DNA of 64,000 bases from a virus. The notes under the pieces were generated by a model. The model was given only the letters and a program-made list of their open reading frames with translations. It did no database searches and had not been told where the DNA came from. This document shows positions 1-7,794 of the stretch, piece by piece. Both the position numbers and the translations under genes were made by a program. Numbering within the stretch: position 1 is the first letter of the stretch; the number at the start of each line of letters is the position of its first letter. The DNA lies in the IMG/VR virus record IMGVR_UViG_3300045941_000223, positions 13,255 to 77,254 of that record, one strand, 5' to 3'.

Positions 1-882
1 AAGCATCCGCGCGACGAGCGCGGACGCTGGACGGACGGCGGGGGCGGCGACGACAGTCTCGCCGAGGACACCGAGAGCGGGTACGGGAAGAACCCGACCG
101 CCACCGAGATTTACGAGAGCTACAAAACGCCGACGATGGAAGAAGTGCGGGCGCGGCTGAGCCCGCGTGATATCGAAGAGATCGATCAGGCCAAGCGCGA
201 TATGGAAGGTCGCATTCCGACCATGGCGCAATTCAAGCAACCGGACGGCAAGTACACTCCGGAACGCGTGGCAGTGCACGCCGACATTATCAAGAACAAG
301 ATGAAGCTGTTCAGCCCGGAGAACATTGCCAAGTACACGCCACCAGCAGGCGAGAAGCCATTGGTGACGCTGGTCGGTGGGCGACCAGCCAGCGGCAAAA
401 CCACGTCGCTACCGGCTGAAATTATGGAATCGAGCCTATATATATCCGCAGACGACGTGCAGGAACATTTGCCCGGATACGAGCCCCGGCTGGCTGGCCT
501 GTTCAACGGCGAGGCGCAAGAGATTGGCGATCGTATCGAAGAGATGGCCCGCGAGCTGAAGATCAACGTCATCTTCGATTCGACTATGAAGACGCAAAAA
601 ACCGCCGCCGGGCGGCTTGCGGCCTACCAGCAGGCGGGTTACGAGGCGGACGGGTACTTCGTCAGCACGTCGCCGATCGAATCGGCCGTGCGGACGGTCG
701 GCCGGTTCCGGCACAAGAAGGGCGACTACAGCGGGCGGTTCGTGCCGCCGGAAGTGACGATCGCCAGCACGACCAACGAGAAGACATTCGACTCGCTGAA
801 GTCGGAGTTCCGGAGCTGGAAATTGTTTGATAACAACGGGGACAAGCTCAAGCTGGTCGCCGAAGGTGGAAAAGGGAAGTAG
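1..882 (+). CDS. Zeta-toxin-like P-loop kinase domain protein, 5'-truncated by the window edge (probably a head-associated or MuF-type fusion)
   Basis: Frame is open from base 1 (KHPRDERGRWTDGGG...). Walker A GGRPASGKT and the motifs ISADD, IFDSTM and GRFVP fit the zeta_toxin/AAA_33 family. The HPRxxxGRW motif is common in phage head-associated proteins. Confidence 0.7.
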   Translation, partial: KHPRDERGRWTDGGGGDDSLAEDTESGYGKNPTATEIYESYKTPTMEEVRARLSPRDIEEIDQAKRDMEGRIPTMAQFKQPDGKYTPERVAVHADIIKNKMKLFSPENIAKYTPPAGEKPLVTLVGGRPASGKTTSLPAEIMESSLYISADDVQEHLPGYEPRLAGLFNGEAQEIGDRIEEMARELKINVIFDSTMKTQKTAAGRLAAYQQAGYEADGYFVSTSPIESAVRTVGRFRHKKGDYSGRFVPPEVTIASTTNEKTFDSLKSEFRSWKLFDNNGDKLKLVAEGGKGK

Positions 883-885
883 GCC

Positions 886-1065
886 ATGAAGCCATTGCCA
901 AAGCGCACCGACCGCGGGCCGCTCATCGTCGAGACGCCAGCCGGTCCGCTCTACGCGGACGACACCTATGGCGAGGGATTTAACCCTCCGAAGCCGGATG
1001 ATCCGTTGATGCAGGCGATCAGGCAGGGGATCGCCGAGGACAAGGCCAAGGCCGGGAAGTCCTAG
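886..1065 (+). CDS. 59-aa protein, candidate antitoxin or immunity partner of the zeta-like domain
   Basis: ATG 3 nt after the zeta stop; MKPLPKRTDRGPLIVETPAG...KAKAGKS*. Below the ORF-track cutoff. Function inferred from position only. Confidence 0.5.
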   Translation: MKPLPKRTDRGPLIVETPAGPLYADDTYGEGFNPPKPDDPLMQAIRQGIAEDKAKAGKS

Positions 1066-1265
1066 GCCGCGTTGGCCGTGGTTTCGGTCTCTTTGCTCTC
1101 CCAGCAGGCCAGATGACCGTTCCATCGGATCGTATGGTTACCGAACATCACGCGGACCTCGCGCAAGGTCAGGTTGGCGGGAACCAACCCCATCAGCGTG
1201 CCGTTCGCTCCGACGACTTTAACGAGCCGGGCCGTCACCGGTCCGTCTCTGATCAGGCGGGTCAT
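1062..1265 (-). CDS. hypothetical protein
   Basis: ORF with GGAGG SD directly downstream of the promoter copy at 1291-1319. Confidence 0.6.
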   Translation of the reverse strand: MTRLIRDGPVTARLVKVVGANGTLMGLVPANLTLREVRVMFGNHTIRWNGHLACWESKETETTANAA

Positions 1266-1290
1266 TAGTCTTACCTCCCTTCCAATACTA

Positions 1291-1319
1291 ATATAGGGCG
1301 TAATGGCCTACATTTCAAG
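1291..1319 (-). promoter_or_regulatory. Repeated sigma70-type promoter with embedded operator (copy 1)
   Basis: Minus strand CTTGAA-N17-CTATAT; the spacer and -10 contain TAGGCCATTACGCCCTA. Confidence 0.85.
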
Positions 1320-1577
1320 ATGCCGCTCGTAATCCATCCTCGCCACGTCTTCCGGCGAATGCTTCTTGCGCACCATCAGCCGCAGCAGCATGGCGGTGGC
1401 GCGCGGGATCGGGGCCTCGCCCAGCGCCCAGCGCCGCGACGTGCGCGGGCCGACGCCGATGAACCTGCCCGCCTGAACTTGATTCAGGTCGAGCGCGTCG
1501 ATCGCTTCTCGGTACTGTTCTTTGGTCATGACGCGCTTCGCGGTCTTCTTCTTGGTAGCGGTCTTGCGCTTGGCCAT
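1308..1577 (-). CDS. XRE/Cro-like HTH regulator, candidate repressor of the repeated operator
   Basis: LDLNQVQAGRFIGVGPRTSRRWALGEAPIP has an HTH pattern; its own upstream region has an operator copy. Confidence 0.75.
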   Translation of the reverse strand: MAKRKTATKKKTAKRVMTKEQYREAIDALDLNQVQAGRFIGVGPRTSRRWALGEAPIPRATAMLLRLMVRKKHSPEDVARMDYERHLEM

Positions 1578-1601
1578 GGGAACCTCCGCATCTGCGGCAA
1601 C

Positions 1602-1630
1602 TCCTAGGACGTAATGGCCTAGCTCGCAAG
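1602..1630 (-). promoter_or_regulatory. Repeated promoter/operator (copy 2, weak -10) upstream of the HTH gene
   Basis: CTTGCG-N17-CTAGGA with TAGGCCATTACGTCCTA. Confidence 0.75.
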
Positions 1631-2224
1631 AGCCTGCTCAGGGTTGTGAACACATCGCCGGACGAGTTCCTGATGCAAGAGATCGGACATATCCCAGCTC
1701 CCGCCGTTGATCCGGCGATCGGTCGCTCGGTCGATGTAGGGGCCGAACCCGCTGGAATGCAGCAGCTTGAACTCGGCAGGGTTAACGCCGTGCCTGCGGC
1801 AGGCGGCCTCGAACGCCCGGCGGCCGAACTCTTCGGAGTACTTCCGGTCGGTAAATACATAGTCGGAGCCGAACCGGACCTTCTCGGCCCTGAACGAAGG
1901 CTGCAGCTCCGATCGGGACTCGACCATGCCCATGGAACTCGCGGTGCCCTTGGTCTCGGCGAACGTCGCCGAACCGTCCGGCATCAGCCATGCGTACTTC
2001 GAGTACTTCAGGTCGATCATGCCGTCGAAGCCGCCACCGGCGTAAGCGTTGGTGACCGCCTCGACCATCTTGGTGGTCGGGCCGTCCGTCCAGCCGACTC
2101 GGATCGAGGCTCCACCGGAGTAGGTGTGCGATCGGACCGAGAATTTGACGCCCGGGAATGCCTTCTTCAGGGCGACCCGGATCAGCTTGGCAGTCTCGGC
2201 GCAGCTCAGGTAGCGGGTAGTCAT
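1619..2224 (-). CDS. LPD29 (large polyvalent protein-associated domain 29) protein
   Basis: AETAKLIRVALKKAFPGVKFSVRS...SIRVGWTDGPT...FDGMID signature; start re-called at MTTRY. Confidence 0.75.
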   Translation of the reverse strand: MTTRYLSCAETAKLIRVALKKAFPGVKFSVRSHTYSGGASIRVGWTDGPTTKMVEAVTNAYAGGGFDGMIDLKYSKYAWLMPDGSATFAETKGTASSMGMVESRSELQPSFRAEKVRFGSDYVFTDRKYSEEFGRRAFEAACRRHGVNPAEFKLLHSSGFGPYIDRATDRRINGGSWDMSDLLHQELVRRCVHNPEQALAS

Positions 2225-2406
2225 TTCGTTCCTTTCGTCATGGTGAAGGGATAGGCCAGCGCGGTCAGGTAACCGTCGCGGGCAGCGAGGATGGCAGCAC
2301 CAGCATCGGTTATGTCGAGAGCGCAGGCATCGCACCGCTCGATCGCTTCGCGGCCATCGGCTCGCTCGACAATCAGGTAGCGCTTGTCGTGGCAGGTATC
2401 GCACAT
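2221..2406 (-). CDS. small CxxC...CxxC protein
   Basis: MCDTCHDK...ERCDAC; overlaps the next gene. Confidence 0.55.
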   Translation of the reverse strand: MCDTCHDKRYLIVERADGREAIERCDACALDITDAGAAILAARDGYLTALAYPFTMTKGTK

Positions 2407-2420
2407 CAGATGATCTCCCT

Positions 2421-2639
2421 TCACTCTTCGTTCGCGCCCCAATCGCAGCCGTGCTCTTTCGCCTTCTTGGCGGCGAAGCGATCGGCGGCGCGGCGGGCTT
2501 CGGCGTAGTCGCGGTAGGCGTCGCCCTCGACGCCCCACTCGAACTCGCCCTGATCGAAGATGTCGTTGCCTTCGTCGTCGAGCCCGTAGACGTGGATCTG
2601 GCGCTGCAGGCGGTTCACATCGACGTAGACATAGGTCAT
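2421..2639 (-). CDS. hypothetical protein
   Basis: MTYVYVDVNRL...; SD GAGGA. Confidence 0.6.
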   Translation of the reverse strand: MTYVYVDVNRLQRQIHVYGLDDEGNDIFDQGEFEWGVEGDAYRDYAEARRAADRFAAKKAKEHGCDWGANEE

Positions 2640-2653
2640 GTCAGTCCTCTCGC

Positions 2654-2815
2654 TTAAAACCGGATCTCGAAGTCGATCTCGCCGTTGCGTTCCGGCGTCT
2701 TCTCCGGAGGCGGCACCGGGATCGGGAGGTAGAGCGGCAGTCGCCGTTCCTCGAACTCGCGGTCTTCGCGCTCGCGGCGGCGGCGCAGCTCTTCGATCAT
2801 CCAACCGGGCAACAT
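2654..2815 (-). CDS. hypothetical protein
   Basis: MLPGWMIEELRRRRERE...; SD GGAGG. Confidence 0.5.
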   Translation of the reverse strand: MLPGWMIEELRRRREREDREFEERRLPLYLPIPVPPPEKTPERNGEIDFEIRF

Positions 2816-3060
2816 CAGTAGACCTCCGTTCCGGGCACCAGCCACTTGCTGCCGCCCCAATAGTCCACGACGAACAGACCAAACTCGGTGTATTCGAGGT
2901 AGATCCAGAGCTTCTTCTTCAGCTCTGCCTTCCAGATAGTCTTCATGGTTCTTTCCAGATGTGCGGGGCTCGGGAGGTTCGTGCCTCCCGTCCCCATCTT
3001 GGACGCGGCGGTTCGCCCCGCGCCTGCGGGAAGGATGGTTCCGACTTCGGTCTTGGCCAT
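2815..3060 (-). CDS. hypothetical protein (start at 3060 or 2946)
   Basis: First ORF after promoter copy 3; SD GGAGGGAG. Confidence 0.45.
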   Translation of the reverse strand: MAKTEVGTILPAGAGRTAASKMGTGGTNLPSPAHLERTMKTIWKAELKKKLWIYLEYTEFGLFVVDYWGGSKWLVPGTEVY

Positions 3061-3077
3061 TTCTCCCTCCACCATAC

Positions 3078-3114
3078 ATATAGGGCGTAATGGCCTATAG
3101 GGCAAGGGGGCCTA
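3078..3114 (-). promoter_or_regulatory. Repeated promoter (copy 3) with two tandem operators
   Basis: CTTGCC-N17-CTATAT; + strand TAGGGCGTAATGGCCTA (3081-3097) abuts TAGGGCAAGGGGGCCTA (3098-3114). Confidence 0.85.
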
Positions 3115-3393
3115 CGGACTATCTTGGACGTGCATGGCAATATGTTCCAATTCCGCAATTATCTTGTGAATAACGGTCAGCCGGGCACGATGCTCGGCAA
3201 GCGCTTCGTTGATGGCCGTTGGTCCGGACGGGTAGTAGTCGCGCCCGTTGGGCGCGCTGGCGGCTATCGCCTTCTCGGCCTCGCGAAGGGCGTGGATCGC
3301 GGCGATGTAGCCGTTGAAGAGATCGTCCCGGTGCGTGCCGTTCAGGTGGACGACCGGCAGGGTTAAGGCGTGCAGCGAGTTTCTAATCAGCAT
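3112..3393 (-). CDS. hypothetical phage protein
   Basis: 93-aa ORF in a tightly packed operon (PVVHLNGT...PNGRDYYP). Confidence 0.6.
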   Translation of the reverse strand: MLIRNSLHALTLPVVHLNGTHRDDLFNGYIAAIHALREAEKAIAASAPNGRDYYPSGPTAINEALAEHRARLTVIHKIIAELEHIAMHVQDSP

Positions 3394-3583
3394 CGATCGG
3401 CTCGTCGCTCCAGTAATTGGGGTCGGTCAGCACGTCCGGCCGGTAACCGGCCATCTTGCGCTTGTGGCAGACCACGCAGGTCCGGCAGAGCGGAATCCCG
3501 CGGGCGTCGTATGCCCATGTGGACGGTCGGCCAGAGCCGCAGGGGCAGGGGCTGGCTCGGTAGCGGTCGGTCATGCTTTCCAC
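3383..3583 (-). CDS. small Zn-binding protein (CPCGSG motif)
   Basis: CPCGSG...CRTCVVC. Confidence 0.6.
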   Translation of the reverse strand: MESMTDRYRASPCPCGSGRPSTWAYDARGIPLCRTCVVCHKRKMAGYRPDVLTDPNYWSDEPIDAD

Positions 3584-3807
3584 CTTCTCTTTGTCAGCTC
3601 TTGCGCCTGATCGAGCAGGCCGCGTTCCTTCAGCAGGAAGTAGGGCAACTTCTCGATTTCGTGGAGCGGCAGCGCGGCGAGCGGCTTGCCTGCATCGAAG
3701 TAGCAGCGCGGATGCGCGTAGTGCCGGGTGCCGTACTTGACCAGCTCGTCGGACGGCACCATCGGCCCCTTGCAGAACCGGCAGCTATTCCAGCGCTCGC
3801 GCCACAT
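3571..3807 (-). CDS. hypothetical Cys/His protein
   Basis: CRFC...HYAHPRC; operon packing. Confidence 0.55.
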   Translation of the reverse strand: MWRERWNSCRFCKGPMVPSDELVKYGTRHYAHPRCYFDAGKPLAALPLHEIEKLPYFLLKERGLLDQAQELTKRRWKA

Positions 3808-3810
3808 CGC

Positions 3811-3996
3811 TCAGTACTCCGACGTTCCGTCCGCGTATTCCTTGCGGACCAGCACGTGCAACGCCTCGATCTCGTCGTCGCTGTACTTGTTGGTCATCCA
3901 CGCCAGAGCTTCAGCGAGATGCTTGATGCCCTCGCGCACCACCCGCTCGCCTTCGTATCCGGCGTTCTCGACCACGGTGTAGGTCTTTGGTTTCAT
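3811..3996 (-). CDS. hypothetical protein
   Basis: ORF with GGAGGG SD. Confidence 0.6.
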   Translation of the reverse strand: MKPKTYTVVENAGYEGERVVREGIKHLAEALAWMTNKYSDDEIEALHVLVRKEYADGTSEY

Positions 3997-4008
3997 CCAT
4001 CCCTCCGT

Positions 4009-4404
4009 TCAGAAGCTGAAGTCGTGGTACTTGGCGCGCTCGCCGATCCGCAGGCCGTAGCCTCCGGTCTTGACCAGCCGCCCGGTCTTCTCATTGCGGG
4101 CGACTTCGTCCCACATGCCGTGCTTGTTCATCTTGAACAGGTGGACGCGGCCGTTCTCGTTGGGCTCGAACAGGTAGGTCTGGCTCTCGCTGAACCCGTT
4201 CTTGTCGGTCCGGGTGGCGTTGTCCTCGCGCACCGTGAGCACCGTCGCGCCGCGCTCGCGGGCGATGCCGATCACCGTGCCGGGGTAGCGGTCGGTCCAA
4301 GACAGCATGGTCGCGCCCATGCCGACCGTTGCGTCGGGCTGGCCCTTCACCGCGCGGGCCAGAACGTGGTTCGTCAAAGAGCCGGTCTGTGTTCCGAGTT
4401 TCAT
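4009..4404 (-). CDS. hypothetical phage protein
   Basis: 131-aa ORF ending RAKYHDFSF; SD present. Confidence 0.65.
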   Translation of the reverse strand: MKLGTQTGSLTNHVLARAVKGQPDATVGMGATMLSWTDRYPGTVIGIARERGATVLTVREDNATRTDKNGFSESQTYLFEPNENGRVHLFKMNKHGMWDEVARNEKTGRLVKTGGYGLRIGERAKYHDFSF

Positions 4405-4419
4405 CGCTTCCTTCTCCCT

Positions 4420-5217
4420 TCACTCTGCAGCAAGGTCTGCGGTCTTCACCCGCATGACCACCGTCTGCTTCTCGCCGTTGTATTCGCCGTGCTCTTTCAC
4501 GGTGGCAGTCAGCAGGAACTTCTCGCCCTTCTCGGCGTGGAACCGGGGGGTCTTGCTCACGATCGCGTTCCCGGCGGCGTCGCGCATGGTCACGATCCAG
4601 ACCGTTTCCTCGCTATTGCGGAACCCGAACGCGGCCCGCGCGTAGCTCGCGACCCGCTCGACCGTGACCGCGGCGGTGATCCGCTCGCCGACCTTGCCGA
4701 CGTGGCCGCTCGCGGCCTTGACGGCGTCTTCGGTGGCGATCCGCTCGATCGCGGCGGCGAGCGCGGCAGCCTGCTTCTCGGTCAGCTCGGCCTTCTCATG
4801 CGCCTTGCGCAGCACGTCGGCGATGAATTCGTTCCGGCCCTTGAAGGCTTCCGCCTTGGCCAGCAGCTCGCCGTAGGTTTCGAGGAAGCCCGCCCGCTTA
4901 GCGTCGGCTTCCGCGGCGGCGGCGGCGGCCAGCTCGGCGGCGACCGCGGCCTTCTTCGCCGCCCGCTTCGCGGCGGTGGCGTTCAGCTTGGCCAGCTCGG
5001 CTTCGGTGTAGAGCCGGACGGTTTCGAGACCCTTGTGGCCGGTGCCGCCGCAGCCGTAGCAGGTCCAGCCGGTGGCCGCCCAAACGTCGGCACCGCCAGC
5101 GCCACCGCAGCGGTGGCAGGTCCGGTGCCTCTGAAAGGCGGGCTTACCCTTGCCGGTGAGGTAAACGGCACCGCCGTGGGCGGTGCCAGCTCGGGTGAAC
5201 AGGGCGGCGGTGGTCAT
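4420..5217 (-). CDS. Zn-finger (CxxCGGxG twice), helical and probable OB-fold nucleic-acid-binding protein
   Basis: CHRCGGAGG...CYGCGGTG; C-terminal GHVGKVGERI...ATVKEHGEYNGEKQTVVMRVK is OB-like. Confidence 0.65.
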   Translation of the reverse strand: MTTAALFTRAGTAHGGAVYLTGKGKPAFQRHRTCHRCGGAGGADVWAATGWTCYGCGGTGHKGLETVRLYTEAELAKLNATAAKRAAKKAAVAAELAAAAAAEADAKRAGFLETYGELLAKAEAFKGRNEFIADVLRKAHEKAELTEKQAAALAAAIERIATEDAVKAASGHVGKVGERITAAVTVERVASYARAAFGFRNSEETVWIVTMRDAAGNAIVSKTPRFHAEKGEKFLLTATVKEHGEYNGEKQTVVMRVKTADLAAE

Positions 5218-5233
5218 TTTCCCTCCACCCCTT

Positions 5234-5262
5234 ATATAGGGCGTAATGGCCTATCCCGCAAG
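5234..5262 (-). promoter_or_regulatory. Repeated promoter/operator (copy 4)
   Basis: CTTGCG-N17-CTATAT with TAGGCCATTACGCCCTA; upstream AAAGCACCCC element. Confidence 0.85.
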
Positions 5263-5270
5263 GGGTGCTT

Positions 5271-5579
5271 TCACTCTACTTTCTCGAAGCCGAACCGGGC
5301 AACCTTCCAGACTTCCCGGGTGGCAAGGTCGATCGCCACGTCGCCGACCGACATGCTGGTATGCCGCAACCCGAGCGCCTTGATCATGCCGAAGGCTTCG
5401 CCGTTGGGCGACCAGCGCTCGCCCTGCATCTCGACGAACACCGCTTCGAGGTTGTCCGCTTCGATCTCGCGCAGGCGGATGTGGGTCTTACCGAGATCGG
5501 CCGCGATCGGCTTGCCGAGCCCGCAGATGCCGTCGCGGAAGTGCTCGGGCCGCATGTACCAGACTTCGAACTTGCGCAT
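5271..5579 (-). CDS. YodL-like domain protein
   Basis: LEAVFVEMQ...RHTSMSVGDV...FGF resembles the YodL HSLSVSDV motif. Confidence 0.55.
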   Translation of the reverse strand: MRKFEVWYMRPEHFRDGICGLGKPIAADLGKTHIRLREIEADNLEAVFVEMQGERWSPNGEAFGMIKALGLRHTSMSVGDVAIDLATREVWKVARFGFEKVE

Positions 5580-5582
5580 CGC

Positions 5583-5912
5583 TCAGTACTCCGCTGCCAG
5601 CATGATGGTCAGCACCCGGCCCGTGACCTTGGGATCGGCAGGGTCTTCGCTGCCGTACTCGAATGCCTTGTCGTAGTAGTCGATCTTGAAGAACGCCTTC
5701 TCGCCGTTGACCTCGATCGCGCCGAAGTCGTGCTCGCCGTACGGGTCGTCGCCGTCCGTGAAGTCCTTGAACTCGCGCACCTTGGTCAGGAAGTCCTCGC
5801 GCTTGTCGTGGTCGCGGATGCCTTCGGTGAGAACCACCCGGCCGAGCTGCGGCAGGAACGTGCCGCGCAACAGGTCGTTCAATTCGCGGATCTTGGCAGT
5901 CTTGTCGGTCAT
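5583..5912 (-). CDS. DUF3768 domain protein
   Basis: IRELND...DPYGEHDFG...FKIDYYD...SEDPADP...RVLTIMLAAEY signature. Confidence 0.85.
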   Translation of the reverse strand: MTDKTAKIRELNDLLRGTFLPQLGRVVLTEGIRDHDKREDFLTKVREFKDFTDGDDPYGEHDFGAIEVNGEKAFFKIDYYDKAFEYGSEDPADPKVTGRVLTIMLAAEY

Positions 5913-6100
5913 CGGTCACCTTTCTTGATGGCGTCTTGCCGTTCAGTTTCGAGTCGGAACATGCGGGCGTTCAGGCTGTATGCCTCGCCGCTGAGCCCGC
6001 CGTTGAAGCAGGACGTTCGCCTGATGCCCTTGGCGCGCATCTCGGCGCGGGTCTCGCGTAGCTCTCGGTTGATCTCTTTGAGCGTGCGGTTGCCGAACAC
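5909..6100 (-). CDS. hypothetical protein
   Basis: 63-aa ORF with GTGA overlap to DUF3768. Confidence 0.55.
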   Translation of the reverse strand: MFGNRTLKEINRELRETRAEMRAKGIRRTSCFNGGLSGEAYSLNARMFRLETERQDAIKKGDR

Positions 6101-6149
6101 GTCGTGTCCTTTCAGGTGTGACCGCCGGGCGAACCCGGCGGCCGGTGGT

Positions 6150-6593
6150 TCAGTCCATCCGAGATCCGGCGTAGGCTTTGACGCCCAGCTCGGTGGTCAG
6201 CACTTCCGCCATCGCGCGGGCGGCGGCTTCCTTCCGCTCCAGCGACTGACCGAAGTCAGAGATCCAGATATCGACGCCGCCGCGGTAGGCCGCCCGGGCC
6301 AGCTTGTTCTTGACCAGCCACTTGGCGAAGCTCGACGTGCCGGGATAGACCGTTACCCACGCGAACCCGCAGACCCCTTCCGCTTCGTACCAGCGGTTGC
6401 CGCCCTCGACCGGCTTCCCGGCGAGATCGGCGTCGAACACGACCATGGCGCGGGGCTTGGCGGCCTCGCCCGCGGCCTTGGCGGCGGCGGCGGCCTTGGC
6501 GTAGGCGGCCTCGAAGGCGGCGTAGCGGGCCTTGCGGGCCTTGGTTTCCGCGGCGATCTTCTCGCGGAGCGAACCATATTCAACGGCAGTCAT
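6150..6593 (-). CDS. conserved phage hypothetical protein (CGFAWV motif)
   Basis: EGVCGFAWV...QSLERKEAAARAMA...YAGSRMD; start re-called at MTAVEY. Confidence 0.65.
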   Translation of the reverse strand: MTAVEYGSLREKIAAETKARKARYAAFEAAYAKAAAAAKAAGEAAKPRAMVVFDADLAGKPVEGGNRWYEAEGVCGFAWVTVYPGTSSFAKWLVKNKLARAAYRGGVDIWISDFGQSLERKEAAARAMAEVLTTELGVKAYAGSRMD

Positions 6594-6670
6594 TCGTCCT
6601 TCCCTTTCCGGAGAGCCGGGCGTGTCACGCGGTGGCCACCGCCATCCGGCTCTCCCTCTCTCCACTACTT

Positions 6671-6707
6671 ATATAGGGCGTGGTGGCCTATAGGGCAAGG
6701 GGGCCTA
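6671..6707 (-). promoter_or_regulatory. Repeated promoter (copy 5) with two tandem operators
   Basis: CTTGCC-N17-CTATAT; TAGGGCGTGGTGGCCTA followed by TAGGGCAAGGGGGCCTA. Confidence 0.85.
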
Positions 6708-7277
6708 TCCGGTGACGACCAACAAATTTTCGCGGGCTCGGGCGGTCAGCCGGTAGAGCACGTAGTCGTTCCGGAACAGAACCTTCCGGCCACGCTTCAC
6801 GACCGTGAAGGTGTCGATCTTCGCCCCGTTGCGGAACTCCATCGGCGCGGGGAGCTTGACGACCATCCCGGCCCGGAGCTTGGGGGCGGCCTTGCGCCGG
6901 TCGATGTTGGCCCGGCAGCGAGCGCGCCAGTCGCGTGCGTACTTGGCACCGTCGCCCTTGGCGTCGTCGGCGATCGGCGACAAGAAATCGAGGACCGCGG
7001 CGGGCGCGGTGCTCTCGACCGGGCCCATGAACTCGTCCATGTCCTTCCAGCCGAAGTTGTAGTCGCCCTTGGCCCACTTGGTCAGGAGCACCAGCGCGAC
7101 CCGAACCTTGCCGTTGGCGTCCGGCACCAGCCGGGCTTCCTTCTCGGCATCAAGCTCGATGACGGCGTAGAACACCCCGGCCTTGGTGGCCGTGGCCTTG
7201 AACTTCATCCCGAACTCGCGCTCGAACCAGTCGGCGGTGGTCACGCCCTTCGGGCGGTAGGTATACGTCCAACCCAT
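6705..7277 (-). CDS. DUF6927-like protein
   Basis: MGWT... and FGWKDMDEFMGP...P..VLD.LSP...ARDWRARC pattern. Confidence 0.7.
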   Translation of the reverse strand: MGWTYTYRPKGVTTADWFEREFGMKFKATATKAGVFYAVIELDAEKEARLVPDANGKVRVALVLLTKWAKGDYNFGWKDMDEFMGPVESTAPAAVLDFLSPIADDAKGDGAKYARDWRARCRANIDRRKAAPKLRAGMVVKLPAPMEFRNGAKIDTFTVVKRGRKVLFRNDYVLYRLTARARENLLVVTG

Positions 7278-7293
7278 CAGCTTGCTTCCTTCC

Positions 7294-7509
7294 TCACATG
7301 AGCACCCGGTTCCCAGCCACCTTGGCGGTGGCGAGCGGGATCAGCGCAGCGACCGAGAAATTGACCATGGCGCGGTGCTTGGTTCTGACCCGCTTTGCGT
7401 GAGCAACCGCCGCGGCGTCCTTGGCGGTTGCGAACTTCCAGATGTCGCCGTTGGCGTCCTTGAGCCAACCAGCAACACCACCGATGACCGTCCAGATTCC
7501 GAAGAACAT
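7294..7509 (-). CDS. hypothetical protein
   Basis: MFFGIWTVIGGVAGWLKDANG... Confidence 0.45.
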   Translation of the reverse strand: MFFGIWTVIGGVAGWLKDANGDIWKFATAKDAAAVAHAKRVRTKHRAMVNFSVAALIPLATAKVAGNRVLM

Positions 7510-7724
7510 CGCTCTTGGGCCGCGGGCCGGGGGCTCAAATCGGCAGTCGGACCGGTCTCGTAGCGGGGGCTCTAGATCCCGCGTTCCTGCCGCTGCCGTC
7601 AGACGGAGGGGAGGTTGTGTGGCCCGGTGCGTAGGCAATCCCGTCTCCCCGGACCCCAAGCACGCATCCTCAGTCCGTTCCGCAATCTCTTCCGGCCTTT
7701 CCGGCTTCCCTCCTTCCACTACTT

Positions 7725-7769
7725 ATATAGGCCATGGTGGCCTACTTTCAAGTAGGGCGTGGGAGCCTA
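7725..7769 (-). promoter_or_regulatory. Repeated promoter (copy 6) plus a second operator, divergent from the capsid operon
   Basis: CTTGAA-N16-CTATAT; operators at 7728-7744 and 7753-7769 (TAGGGCGTGGGAGCCTA). Confidence 0.8.
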
Positions 7770-7794
7770 GCGGAAATAAAAGTAGGAGAGTTCC

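Noticed and set aside
880-896. TAGGCCATGAAGCC matching 14 bp of operator copy 11
   Set aside because: It lacks the right half-site CCTA and promoter elements, and is explained by a stop codon followed by a start codon. A similar partial match near 59168 was also left uncalled.
3370-7301. Long plus-strand ORFs 3370-5676 and 5265-7301
   Set aside because: Antisense shadows of the minus-strand genes in high-GC DNA, with no recognisable motifs.
7640-7710. Hammerhead ribozyme (CTGAGGA and GAAA on the minus strand)
   Set aside because: Stems II and III and the cleavage triplet could not be formed in the required order.
1291-7769. Repeated 20-30 bp motif as a CRISPR array or integron attC sites
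   Set aside because: Spacing is irregular (0.3-2 kb) with whole operons between copies, there are no cas genes or attC structure, and the motif fits a promoter plus operator.
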